From: Gemmata obscuriglobus
GTDB taxonomy: Bacteria; Planctomycetota; Planctomycetia; Gemmatales; Gemmataceae
Assembly: GCF_008065095.1 (NCBI RefSeq)
Contig: NZ_CP042911.1
Coordinates: 8,790,001-8,822,000, forward strand
Length of the DNA: 32,000 nt
Direction: 5' to 3'
Part shown: positions 16,594 to 24,413 of the stretch, piece after piece
Numbering within the stretch: position 1 is the stretch's first letter
Layout: every line of letters starts with the position of its first letter
Notes under the pieces: generated by a model
What the model was told of the DNA's origin: nothing
The model's database searches: none
What the model saw: the letters and a program-made list of their open reading frames with translations, nothing else
Position numbers and translations under genes: made by a program

Positions 16594-17241
16594 TCACGGG
16601 CGGGCGCACTCGGCGGCGTACTGCGCCCACGTCGCGGCCACGAACCCCTTCACGACCGGATCGTCTTCGGCCCCGTCGGCGTCGGATTCGGGCAGGCTCG
16701 ACGCGATGTACACCTTGTAGATGGTCGGGGCGCGGAGCTGGCTGGCGAACTGCCACCGGGGGTTGTCCGGGGCGACCCAGGCGCCGTCGGTGGTCCAGGC
16801 CCACCGCACCCGCACGCGGTCCACCTTCGTCTGCGTCTTCTTCTCGAAGTCCGCGACGTACACGGCGGCCGGCACGCCGTTCACCTCGAACGTCTCCTTG
16901 CGGGGGGCGCGGAGCGTCTTGTACCCGCTGCCCGGGTAGCACACGTCCGGCGTGTGGGTCGCGACCGACCCCGGGATGCCGCTGATGAAGCTCACCACCG
17001 CGACCGCCCCGCCCGCGCCGAAGTACCGCCGGCTGGTGGCGACGCTGCGCTCGTTGAGCGGCATCTCGGTGTCCACCGGCTCGGACCGCAAGTCCTCGAA
17101 CTTCACCTCGAGGTTGTGGAGCCGGTCGGTGCGCGCGGTGTTCGAGGCGACGATGTTCCAGCGCTGCGTGACGGCGCCGTGAACGAACGCCCCGCACACG
17201 ACCAGCGCGAGGACCGAACAGAACGTGAGCGGCTTCATCAT
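16594..17241 (-). CDS. EpsI-family exosortase-associated protein
   Basis: The ATG at 17241 gives MMKPLTFCSVLALVVCGAFVHG, a signal or anchor sequence. HTPDVCYPGSGY matches the EpsI H.P..C.PG.G(W/Y) motif. Size is ~215 aa. It lies within an exosortase operon. Confidence 0.75.
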   Translation of the reverse strand: MMKPLTFCSVLALVVCGAFVHGAVTQRWNIVASNTARTDRLHNLEVKFEDLRSEPVDTEMPLNERSVATSRRYFGAGGAVAVVSFISGIPGSVATHTPDVCYPGSGYKTLRAPRKETFEVNGVPAAVYVADFEKKTQTKVDRVRVRWAWTTDGAWVAPDNPRWQFASQLRAPTIYKVYIASSLPESDADGAEDDPVVKGFVAATWAQYAAECARP

Positions 17242-17350
17242 GATGCTCCTCGTCGAAGGACCCCACCCTCCGGCCCTCCCGAACCGGAGAGGGGCGAAGT
17301 CCCGACGCGCGGCCCGCTCGTGAGGCGGGGTAGGGTGCGCGCGTCGCTCA

Positions 17351-17407
17351 CGCTTCCGCGCCCGCCCCGCGCTCCGAACTTCGGAGCGCGGGGCGGGCGC
17401 GGAAGCG
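17351..17407. repeat. 28-bp perfect palindrome hairpin immediately after the stop of the Wzc-like gene
   Basis: CGCTTCCGCGCCCGCCCCGCGCTCCGAA (17351-17378), then c, then TTCGGAGCGCGGGGCGGGCGCGGAAGCG (17380-17407). All 28 positions pair. The stop codon of the upstream gene is at 17411-17413. No U-run follows on the minus strand. Confidence 0.8.
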
Positions 17408-17410
17408 CTT

Positions 17411-19660
17411 TCAGCACAGCGCCTCTTGCTCGGTGGCGCCGACATACACGACGCCCGAGAACGGGATCTCCATCGTCGCGACCCGCTCCGCGGCCCGCTT
17501 CAGCAGCGGGGTGGCGGTCTCGCGGTACCGGGCGCACACCAGCACCGCCTCGCACCGCCGGGCCACCTCCACCGACTCCGCGACGGTGAGCAGCGCGTGC
17601 CCGTGGATCACGACGCAGTCGTACGGCTCCCGCAGCTTGGCGAGCAGGGCCTCGAGCTTCTCGCCGGTCGCGGCCTTGCGGGCCTCGTCGGACCACTTCC
17701 CGGCCGGCAGCAGGTGCAGCCCGCTCGGCAGGAACTGCACCACCGACCGCATGTCCGTCTCCGCCCGTAGCAGCTCGCACACGCCGGCGGCGTTCGGAAC
17801 GCCCGCATAGGGGTGGATGGCCGGCTCGCGCAGGTCGAAGTCGACCAGCAGGGTCTTGTACCCGGCCTGGGCCAGGCTGCTCGCCAGCCCGAACGCGGTG
17901 AACGCCTTGCCCTCGTCGCCGATGGGGCTGGTGACCGTGATGGCGGTGGCGCCGCGGCTGAGCCACGTCTGCGAGACGTAGGCGCGGAGCTTGTCGATGG
18001 CCTCGTTCGCCGCGGCCCGGCGCACCGGGTCCTTGCCCGCCGCGTCGGTGGGCAGCCCCGGGATCACGCCCACCACCGGCGTAGGCACCGCGGCCCGCAC
18101 GTCCGCCAGCGAGCTGACCCGGCGCGACACGGTCTCGTACCCGACCACCCCGAGCCCCATCAGCACGAACCCGATGACGCTCGCGAACCCGGTGCCCAGG
18201 AGCTGCTTCTTGGTGTCCTTCTGCGTGGGCGTGGACGCCTGCTGGAGCACCGAGATGCGGGCCGGCGCCTCGAGCTCGAGCTGCGTGAGGTGGTACTGCT
18301 GCATCAGCTCGCGCCAGATCCCGTCGGTCACCGCGAGGCGGCTGTCATCCGGGTTGTACTCCTTCTCGAAGCGGGCCTGCGTGAGGCCGCCCCGCTCCCC
18401 TGGCGGGAGTTCGGCCAGGTACTTCTCGAGCAGGGCGAGCGCCTTCTTCGCCTCGTCGCACTTCTCCTGGTGCTCCTGGACCTTGAAAATCACCGCCTGC
18501 AGTTCCGCCGCGAGCGGCTTGGCTTCCTGGAGCTTGCGGACCCCCTCGATCGTCTTGATCTTTTCGTCCTTGAGGGCCTCGTACCGTCTCTTGTAGGCCT
18601 CGTAGGTCTTCCGGAACTCCTGGATCGCGGGGCCGTTCGGGTCCTCGCTGTTCCCGGCGTACTTCATCCAGGTGATTTGTGCCTCGACCATCAGCCGCCG
18701 CGCGGCGCTCACGTCCCCGTCGTTCTCGACCCGCTCCGCAATGAGCGGTTGGGTGGGCGAATCCTGAATCGCCTTCAGTTGCGACTGGAGCACATCTCGG
18801 TTGCGCGTCAGGGCGTTCAGGTTCAAGGTGAGCTGCTCGACTTGCTGTTTCCGCATCCAGTAATCTTTGGTGGCGAGCCCGGGCTCCTGAGTGTAGATCG
18901 CGCGGTCCGTCTGGGTCAGGGTCGGTGCTGCTCCGCCGGCCGGCGTGCCCGGGGCGCCTGGGGGCGCCGGCAGCGGGGCCGGCGCGGTCGCACCGCCAGC
19001 CGTCACCACGCCGGCGCCGCCGCTTTTGGGTCGCCGGTCGGTGCGGACGATTTGCTCCATCCGCTTCTGCGCCTCGCCGGACTGCTCCGCGATCTTCTGG
19101 ATCTGTTGCGCGTTCTGCGCCTGAACGCGCTCCACGAACGCTTTCTGGACCGCGTTAATGATCTTTCGCGCGTCCTCGGGCTCGTGCCCCTTGAACGTGA
19201 TGCGAATCACCTCGCCCTCCGGTCCCCGAATATCCAGTTCCTCTTCGAGGAACTTGAGCGGGTCCTTCTGGGCTTTGATGGTGGGCAGGTCCTTGATGTC
19301 GCGCAGCGCCGCGTTCAGCACGTCCTCGGACCTGAGCTGCGTGGTCAGGGTTTTGACGTAGGTGGCGAAGTCGGCGCGGGGCTGGCTGTTGCTGTTGTGG
19401 TTCACCACGTTGATCGGGACCGCGGACACCCGGAACAGCCCGTACGACTCGTACTTGCTGGCGAGCAGCTCCCAGGCCACGGCGGCCCCGGCGGCGCCGA
19501 TCAGCGTGCCGCAGAACAGGACCATCAGCCAGTGCAGCTTCAGGTACACCAGGATGCGCGCGCCGGCCGCGTCGTCCGGCCGCTCGCCCGTCTTCGGAGC
19601 GGGGCGCGGTGCCCTCGGCGGCGAGGCGGGCGCGTGGGTGGCGAAGGTGGGTCCGGTCAT
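17411..19660 (-). CDS. Wzc/GumC-like polysaccharide co-polymerase fused to a BY-kinase-like P-loop domain with degenerate Walker motifs
   Basis: N-terminal TM helix and Wzz-like segment (HWLMVLFCGTLIGAAGAAVAWELLASKYES). Long coiled-coil periplasmic region. Second TM helix (LLGTGFASVIGFVLMGLGVVGY). C-terminal TVTSPIGDEGKAFTAFGLASSLAQAGYKTLLVDFDLREP aligns with CapB/Wzc Walker A and A'. The Walker B position reads YDCVVIHGHALL. Confidence 0.85.
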   Translation of the reverse strand: MTGPTFATHAPASPPRAPRPAPKTGERPDDAAGARILVYLKLHWLMVLFCGTLIGAAGAAVAWELLASKYESYGLFRVSAVPINVVNHNSNSQPRADFATYVKTLTTQLRSEDVLNAALRDIKDLPTIKAQKDPLKFLEEELDIRGPEGEVIRITFKGHEPEDARKIINAVQKAFVERVQAQNAQQIQKIAEQSGEAQKRMEQIVRTDRRPKSGGAGVVTAGGATAPAPLPAPPGAPGTPAGGAAPTLTQTDRAIYTQEPGLATKDYWMRKQQVEQLTLNLNALTRNRDVLQSQLKAIQDSPTQPLIAERVENDGDVSAARRLMVEAQITWMKYAGNSEDPNGPAIQEFRKTYEAYKRRYEALKDEKIKTIEGVRKLQEAKPLAAELQAVIFKVQEHQEKCDEAKKALALLEKYLAELPPGERGGLTQARFEKEYNPDDSRLAVTDGIWRELMQQYHLTQLELEAPARISVLQQASTPTQKDTKKQLLGTGFASVIGFVLMGLGVVGYETVSRRVSSLADVRAAVPTPVVGVIPGLPTDAAGKDPVRRAAANEAIDKLRAYVSQTWLSRGATAITVTSPIGDEGKAFTAFGLASSLAQAGYKTLLVDFDLREPAIHPYAGVPNAAGVCELLRAETDMRSVVQFLPSGLHLLPAGKWSDEARKAATGEKLEALLAKLREPYDCVVIHGHALLTVAESVEVARRCEAVLVCARYRETATPLLKRAAERVATMEIPFSGVVYVGATEQEALC

Positions 19661-19792
19661 TGGCCCTGAGTCCGTTCAGGTTTAGTGACGGGGGCGAAAA
19701 CGCCTCCCCCGGTCCTTCCCGAAAGGGAAGGGAAGAATAACCGACGTCGGCCCGCGCCGCGTCGCGAACCCCTCCCGCCGGGAGGGGCGGGG

Positions 19793-20680
19793 TCAGGCCG
19801 CCGTTTCGTCGACCACGAGCCGCTTGAGCGCCCACACCTCGGCGCCCAGCAGCGCCAGGCCCAGCGGCATCATGAGGTAGCCGTACGCGTCGTGCAGGAA
19901 GTCCCGCGTACCCTTGTCGGAGATGAAGGCGAAGCTCACCCCGGTGGCGGTGATGCGGAGCACGTTGGTCAGCACCGCGATCGGGGCGATGCCGAGCACC
20001 ACCATGAACTTCTCGAACCGGCTGCGGGTCATCATCAGCACCGCGCCCACCGAGAAGGCGGCGAACGTGACCATCATCTTCAGCCCGCTGCACGCGTCCA
20101 CCACGCCCAGCCGCACCTCGTCGATGAGGATCAGGTTGCCGTCGCGGATGGCCGGCTGGCCGAGCGTCTGGAGCAGGAACGTGCTGGCGACGGTCGCGGC
20201 CGTCTTCAGCGGCCCGCCGACGTTGCGCTCGAGTTCGTAGGGCAGCGGGATCATGAACACGAGGAACAGGATGCCCGGGCCGACGAGCTTGAGCAGCGGC
20301 ACCCCGCCCGCCGCGAGCGCGACGCCCACGAGGGCCAGCAGCAGCGAGGCCGCGTCGAGCTGGTGGAACAGCAGGGCGCCGGCTGCGGCCCGCAGCACGA
20401 GGATGGCGACGAGCAGCCCGCACCCGATCACGGGGAGCGGCCGGAGGACCAGGGCGGAGCCCTTCGCGCCGCGCCAGATCAGGAACGCGGAGAAGAACGG
20501 CACCAGCACCCCGTGCGAGTACTGCGGGTCGTTGATCCACTTGTCGGCGAACACGCGGAGCATGGGCAGGTAGGCCCAGCCGAGCGCGGCGACGAGCGCA
20601 ACGCCCTGCCACAGCGCGAGGCGCGATTGGGATGCGGCGGGCGCGGCGGAATTCGACGGTGCGAAGCTGACAGACGACAT
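19793..20680 (-). CDS. Exosortase (EpsH/Xrt family transpeptidase)
   Basis: WINDPQYSHGVLVPF N-terminal signature. DACSGLKMM (catalytic Cys), NVLRITA (Arg) and HDAYGYLMM (His). About 8 hydrophobic helices, 295 aa. It is the first gene of the operon. Confidence 0.85.
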   Translation of the reverse strand: MSSVSFAPSNSAAPAASQSRLALWQGVALVAALGWAYLPMLRVFADKWINDPQYSHGVLVPFFSAFLIWRGAKGSALVLRPLPVIGCGLLVAILVLRAAAGALLFHQLDAASLLLALVGVALAAGGVPLLKLVGPGILFLVFMIPLPYELERNVGGPLKTAATVASTFLLQTLGQPAIRDGNLILIDEVRLGVVDACSGLKMMVTFAAFSVGAVLMMTRSRFEKFMVVLGIAPIAVLTNVLRITATGVSFAFISDKGTRDFLHDAYGYLMMPLGLALLGAEVWALKRLVVDETAA

Positions 20681-20809
20681 CCGTGTCCCCGTACGAACCG
20701 GGCGATTGCGGGTCTGAGTCCGTGACCCGGAATCCGAGAGTTGGGGGATTGTGTCAGATGCGCGGAGGGGGAATCAACCCCAAGTTTTGCGTTCGAGATT
20801 TGAGCAGGG

Positions 20810-21732
20810 CCGTTCCGTGTAACGCTTCCGCCTTCTGAACTGGCTTTCTCCGGCAGGGGTGGCAGTGTCCCGGTCGTCGCGTAGCTTCGCAAGGCATCGA
20901 CGACCGTACTCATCGGATCCAGCCCCCGCCTCTTCAATGTCCGCACCACGCTCATCAACACCGACCGTGTCCGCGCGCCACGCTCGCTCGGGTTGCCGTA
21001 ACTGGCCTTCCCAATCAGAACCGCCGGGCGCACCTCCCGTTCCGCGTGGTTGTTGCTCGACGGGACGCCTTCGAATTCCACGAACGTCAGCAGGTTCTCA
21101 CCGTACTTGTGCAGTCGCTTCCCCAGCCGCCGGGCGTGCGCGTGCGCCCAGTCGCTGACCGCCAGGTCGGTGATCCGGCTGGGTAACGCGTCGGGGACCT
21201 GGGGGTCGACCTGCTTCCGGCAGCACGGGCACCAGTCGCGGTGGATCGTATGCTCGGTGACGACGGGTTTCAGGTCGGCGGGGATGTCCTCGGCGATGCG
21301 GGTGCGGGAACGCCGGGTGCGGGTGAGGTTGCCGCCGCACGTGGGGCAGGCGGGGAGTTGGTGCACTTCTCGGCGGTCGATCTGTTCGGGACGGGGTCGG
21401 GCGGCACCTGCGTGCCCGGGTTGGGCACCGCGTTTCTTGCGACGCGGTGGTGCGGGCGGCTTGGCGTAAGGCGGAATGGAACCGGACGGCTGGTGGGCAC
21501 CGCTGGCCGGTGTGGGTGGGCCGAGGGTGCTGCTGAGTTGGAGGAAGAAGATGGCGGCGGCCCGGTCACGCGGGAGAACCGCTTCGGCCTGGTCCGGGGT
21601 CAGGGTGCCGGAGCGGAACGCGGCGACGAAGGCGGCATCGAGAATCGGGGCCGCACGCGTCATGCCCGCGATTCTCGACAAACCGCAGGAAAGCGAAAGG
21701 CCAGTTCAGCAGGCTGAAGCGTTGCGGGAACG
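20810..21732 (-). mobile_element. IS66-family derivative, internally deleted (non-autonomous), with ~34-bp imperfect terminal inverted repeats
   Basis: CGTTCCGTGTAACGCTTCCGCCTTCTGAACTGGC (20810-20843) matches the reverse complement of 21700-21732 at ~29/34 positions. The ORF from 21663/21681 has the Zn-ribbon (CPTCGG...CPCC) and then jumps at ~21170-21190 to the C-terminal block LLTFVEFEGVPSSNNHAEREVRPAV...RGLDP. About 280 aa lie inside the element, against ~500 expected, so the DDE core is missing. There is no stop codon before the IR, so the track ORF runs on to 20479. Confidence 0.7.
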
Positions 21733-21795
21733 TTAACTACCCGGGACGCAGTAATGTGACGCTTACCCACACGCCGTTACTCTTCAACCGGATTT

Positions 21796-23052
21796 CAGTA
21801 GTTTCAAGTTGGCGGCTTGGTTTTGTTGGCCGATCGTGCAGTAGTAATGGACTTATTTTCGCCATCTGTAGGTGCCAGCCCATCGGCCAACAGTATCAGG
21901 CATACCGCCGCCAGTGTCCACCCGAGGCCGCGGGCTGAGCGGGACCACAACCAGGCGTTACGCAGGATCAGCCCGACGGCCACCCACAGGAGTCGCACGA
22001 CCCCATCGGTGGTCGAGGTCCGGGGCCGAACCTGCCCCAACTGGCGGTAGCTGCTCTCGATCCCGAATCGGGTCCGGTACAGGTCCCGAATCGCCACCGG
22101 GCTCCCGCTCACCCGCCACGCCGCGTACAGTAACTTCTTGCTCCGCCGGCCCCCGGTCCGCCGGTACCGGTAGCTCTTGTGAGCGATCACCACGTGCACC
22201 CGCACCGAGGTGCCCCGATCCGCGTGGGTGTACGCATATCGACCCGCGCCCCGCCGCCGCACGGCCCGCAACCCGACCCCCTTCACCCCGGGCCGGGGCT
22301 TGCGGCCCCGGACCACGGCCGGGATCACGAACGGCACACCCCGCGCCTGGAGCAACCGCATCACCGCGATCGAGAAGAACGCCTTGTCCAGCAGCGCGAC
22401 CCGGACCGTAACCCGTGCCGCCGTCACCTGATCCAACAGCCGGGTGAGCACCGCGGTCATCGGCTCCTTCTCGCCCACGGCCGTCAACCCGAGCGTGTAC
22501 CGGTCCGGTCCCCCGACGAGGCACGCGGTGGCGTACGTGTGGAACGTGTGGGTGCCGCCGGCCCCCTTGGACCGGGTGGTGTCCCGGTTCGGCGTCCCGA
22601 AGTACCCGATCCGGTGGTAGTCGATCGCGACCCGAGCCGCCCGCTTCCGCTTGCCGAGCGGGGCGTGGAGGGCCGGCCGCAACCGCCGCTCGAGGGTGCG
22701 GCGCCGCTTGGGCAGCGTGAGGTACAAGCAATCCCAGATGGCCTGCCCGGACGGGGCGTCGGCGATCGCGGCACAGGCCGCGGCCACCGAGCGGGCGAAC
22801 GCCGCGGCGAACAGCACCACCCGCCACACCACCTCGGGTGTACAGGTGCGGCGACGCTTGGGCAGTTGGACCGCACGGCCGAGCCAGTCGGTCAGGACCG
22901 GACGGAGGTGCCGGGTGGCGTGGGCCGGGGTGGCTCGGATAGACTGACGTTTGGGTCGCATGGGGGCTCCGACAGTGGAGGCGTGGTAACCACCATTGAC
23001 CGGTAAACCCATGCGGCCCGCTACTCATAAATCGCCCAACTTGAAACTACTG
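21796..23052 (-). mobile_element. Apparently intact IS of the IS4 superfamily (ISH3-like by size and 5-bp target duplication)
   Basis: Terminal repeats CAGTAGTTTCAAGTTGG (21796-21812), with the exact reverse complement at 23036-23052. Direct GATTT at 21791-21795 and 23053-23057. 1257 bp with a single long ORF. Confidence 0.8.
21804..22961 (-). CDS. DDE transposase of the ISH3-like element
   Basis: VAIDYHRIGYFG, ALLDKAFFS and YRTRFGIESSYRQL (Y-R-E-K style block) are spaced as in IS4-superfamily DDE enzymes. The ORF is uninterrupted. The ATG at 22961 is preferred over 23012, which lies close to the IR. Confidence 0.75.
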   Translation of the reverse strand: MRPKRQSIRATPAHATRHLRPVLTDWLGRAVQLPKRRRTCTPEVVWRVVLFAAAFARSVAAACAAIADAPSGQAIWDCLYLTLPKRRRTLERRLRPALHAPLGKRKRAARVAIDYHRIGYFGTPNRDTTRSKGAGGTHTFHTYATACLVGGPDRYTLGLTAVGEKEPMTAVLTRLLDQVTAARVTVRVALLDKAFFSIAVMRLLQARGVPFVIPAVVRGRKPRPGVKGVGLRAVRRRGAGRYAYTHADRGTSVRVHVVIAHKSYRYRRTGGRRSKKLLYAAWRVSGSPVAIRDLYRTRFGIESSYRQLGQVRPRTSTTDGVVRLLWVAVGLILRNAWLWSRSARGLGWTLAAVCLILLADGLAPTDGENKSITTARSANKTKPPT

Positions 23053-23076
23053 GATTTGGTATCACTCGCACCCGGG

Positions 23077-24315
23077 TCACTTCTCGGCCCACACCTGGCA
23101 CAGCTCCAGCACCACGCGGACGGCGGCCTCCATCTCCTCCAGGCACGTCCACTCGAGCGGCGAGTGGGGGTTGTGTTCGCCGGTCGAGAGGTTCGGCGTC
23201 GGCAGGCCCTTTTCGGTGAGCTGCGAGCCGTCCGTGCCGCCGCGGATGATCTTGTGCTTCGGCTCCATCCCGGCCCGCCGCACCGCCTCCGCGGCGCGCG
23301 TCACCGCCGCCGGCAGCCGCGCGATCCCGTCCTTCATGTTGCGGTACTGCTTGCGCGTCTCGACGGTCACCTTCGCGGCCGGGTGCTCGCGCTCGACCTG
23401 ACGGGCGATCTCGCGCAGCAGGTCGGCCTGGACCGCGAGCTGCGCGGTGTCGAAGTCTCGCAGGATGAACCCGATTTTCACCTCGCCGGCCCCGCCCTCG
23501 ATCGTGATCGGGTGCAGGAACCCCTGCCGGCCGTCGGTGGTTTCGGGGCTCATCGTCCGCTGCGGCAGGCGGTCGACGAACATCGCCGCCAGGCGCACCG
23601 CGTTCACCATCCGCCCCTTCGCGATCGACGGGTGGATGTTCACGCCCGTAATGGTGACGGTCGCGGCGTCCGCGGAGAACGTCTCGTCCTCGATCTCGCC
23701 GCTGCCCGCGCCGTCGAGCGTGTACGCCACCGCCGCGCCGATCTGCGCCGGCTCGAGGTGCTTGACGCCGAACCCGATCTCCTCGTCGCAGGTGAACACG
23801 ATCCGCACCGGGCCGTGCGGGATCTGCGGGTTCTCCGTCAGCAGCCGCGCGGCTTCCATGATGACCGCCACCCCCGCCTTATCGTCGGCGCCGAGCAGGG
23901 TCGTGCCGTCGGTGGTGATGATGGTCTTGCCGATCAGGCCGTTCAGCTCCGGGTTCTCCGCGACCCGGATCACCTTCGAGGTGTCCTTCGGCAGAACGAT
24001 GTCGCCGCCGCGGTAGTCGCGGATGACCTGCGGCTGCACGTCCTTCCCGCTGTTCTCGGGGTTCGTGTCCACGTGGGCGTTGAACGCGATCGTGGGGGCG
24101 CCGGCCACGTTGCCGGGGACGGTCGCGAACACGAGGCCGTGTTCGTCCTGCACCGCGTCTTTCAGCCCCAGGGCCAGGAGTTCGTCGCGGAGCATCGCGC
24201 CCAGCACGAGTTGCCCCGGCGAACTCGGGTACGACGTGGACCGCTCGTCCGCCTTGGTGTCGATGCGGACGTACCGCAGGAACCGGTCCAGAAGGGTGTG
24301 CGTGGCGAGGGCCAT
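23077..24315 (-). CDS. pepT: Peptidase T (tripeptide aminopeptidase, M20B)
   Basis: LLDRFLRYVRIDT...SSPGQ...AHVDT...TTDGTTLLGADDKAG...FTCDEEIG...IRGGTDGS...PNLSTGEHNPHS is collinear with E. coli PepT. The ATG at 24315 is preferred because the 10 upstream codons lie in a REP-like element. Confidence 0.9.
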   Translation of the reverse strand: MALATHTLLDRFLRYVRIDTKADERSTSYPSSPGQLVLGAMLRDELLALGLKDAVQDEHGLVFATVPGNVAGAPTIAFNAHVDTNPENSGKDVQPQVIRDYRGGDIVLPKDTSKVIRVAENPELNGLIGKTIITTDGTTLLGADDKAGVAVIMEAARLLTENPQIPHGPVRIVFTCDEEIGFGVKHLEPAQIGAAVAYTLDGAGSGEIEDETFSADAATVTITGVNIHPSIAKGRMVNAVRLAAMFVDRLPQRTMSPETTDGRQGFLHPITIEGGAGEVKIGFILRDFDTAQLAVQADLLREIARQVEREHPAAKVTVETRKQYRNMKDGIARLPAAVTRAAEAVRRAGMEPKHKIIRGGTDGSQLTEKGLPTPNLSTGEHNPHSPLEWTCLEEMEAAVRVVLELCQVWAEK

Positions 24316-24413
24316 GAGAGTTCCACCGCGGCGGCCAAAGGGCACGAGAGGGCGACAGGGTCTTATTTACTCTCCGGCTCTCTCTGCGCCCTCTGTGCCC
24401 TCTGCGGTGAATC
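24316..24413. repeat. Second copy of the REP-like TTCACCGC..GGGCGC / GCGCCCTCTGCGGTGAA element family
   Basis: TTCCACCGCGGCGGCC...GGGCACGAGAGGGCGACAGGG...CTCTCTGCGCCCTCTGTGCCCTCTGCGGTGAATC. It shares TCTCTGCGCCCTCTG..CGGTGAATC with 15791-15817. It fills the pepT-nth spacer and supplies the last codons of nth. Confidence 0.6.

Noticed and set aside
15821-17266. 481-aa ORF suggesting a long WbaP-like sugar transferase
   Set aside because: Only the last 239 codons (from ATG 16540) show transferase motifs. The upstream part is Arg/Gly/Pro-rich and overlaps the EpsI gene, which is recognisable in another frame.
20479-21681. 400-aa ORF overlapping the exosortase start, which could be read as an intact gene
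   Set aside because: Transposase homology ends near the IS66-type terminal repeat (~20810). The remaining ~110 codons are read-through into flanking DNA because the deleted element lacks a stop. It is treated as a pseudogene.
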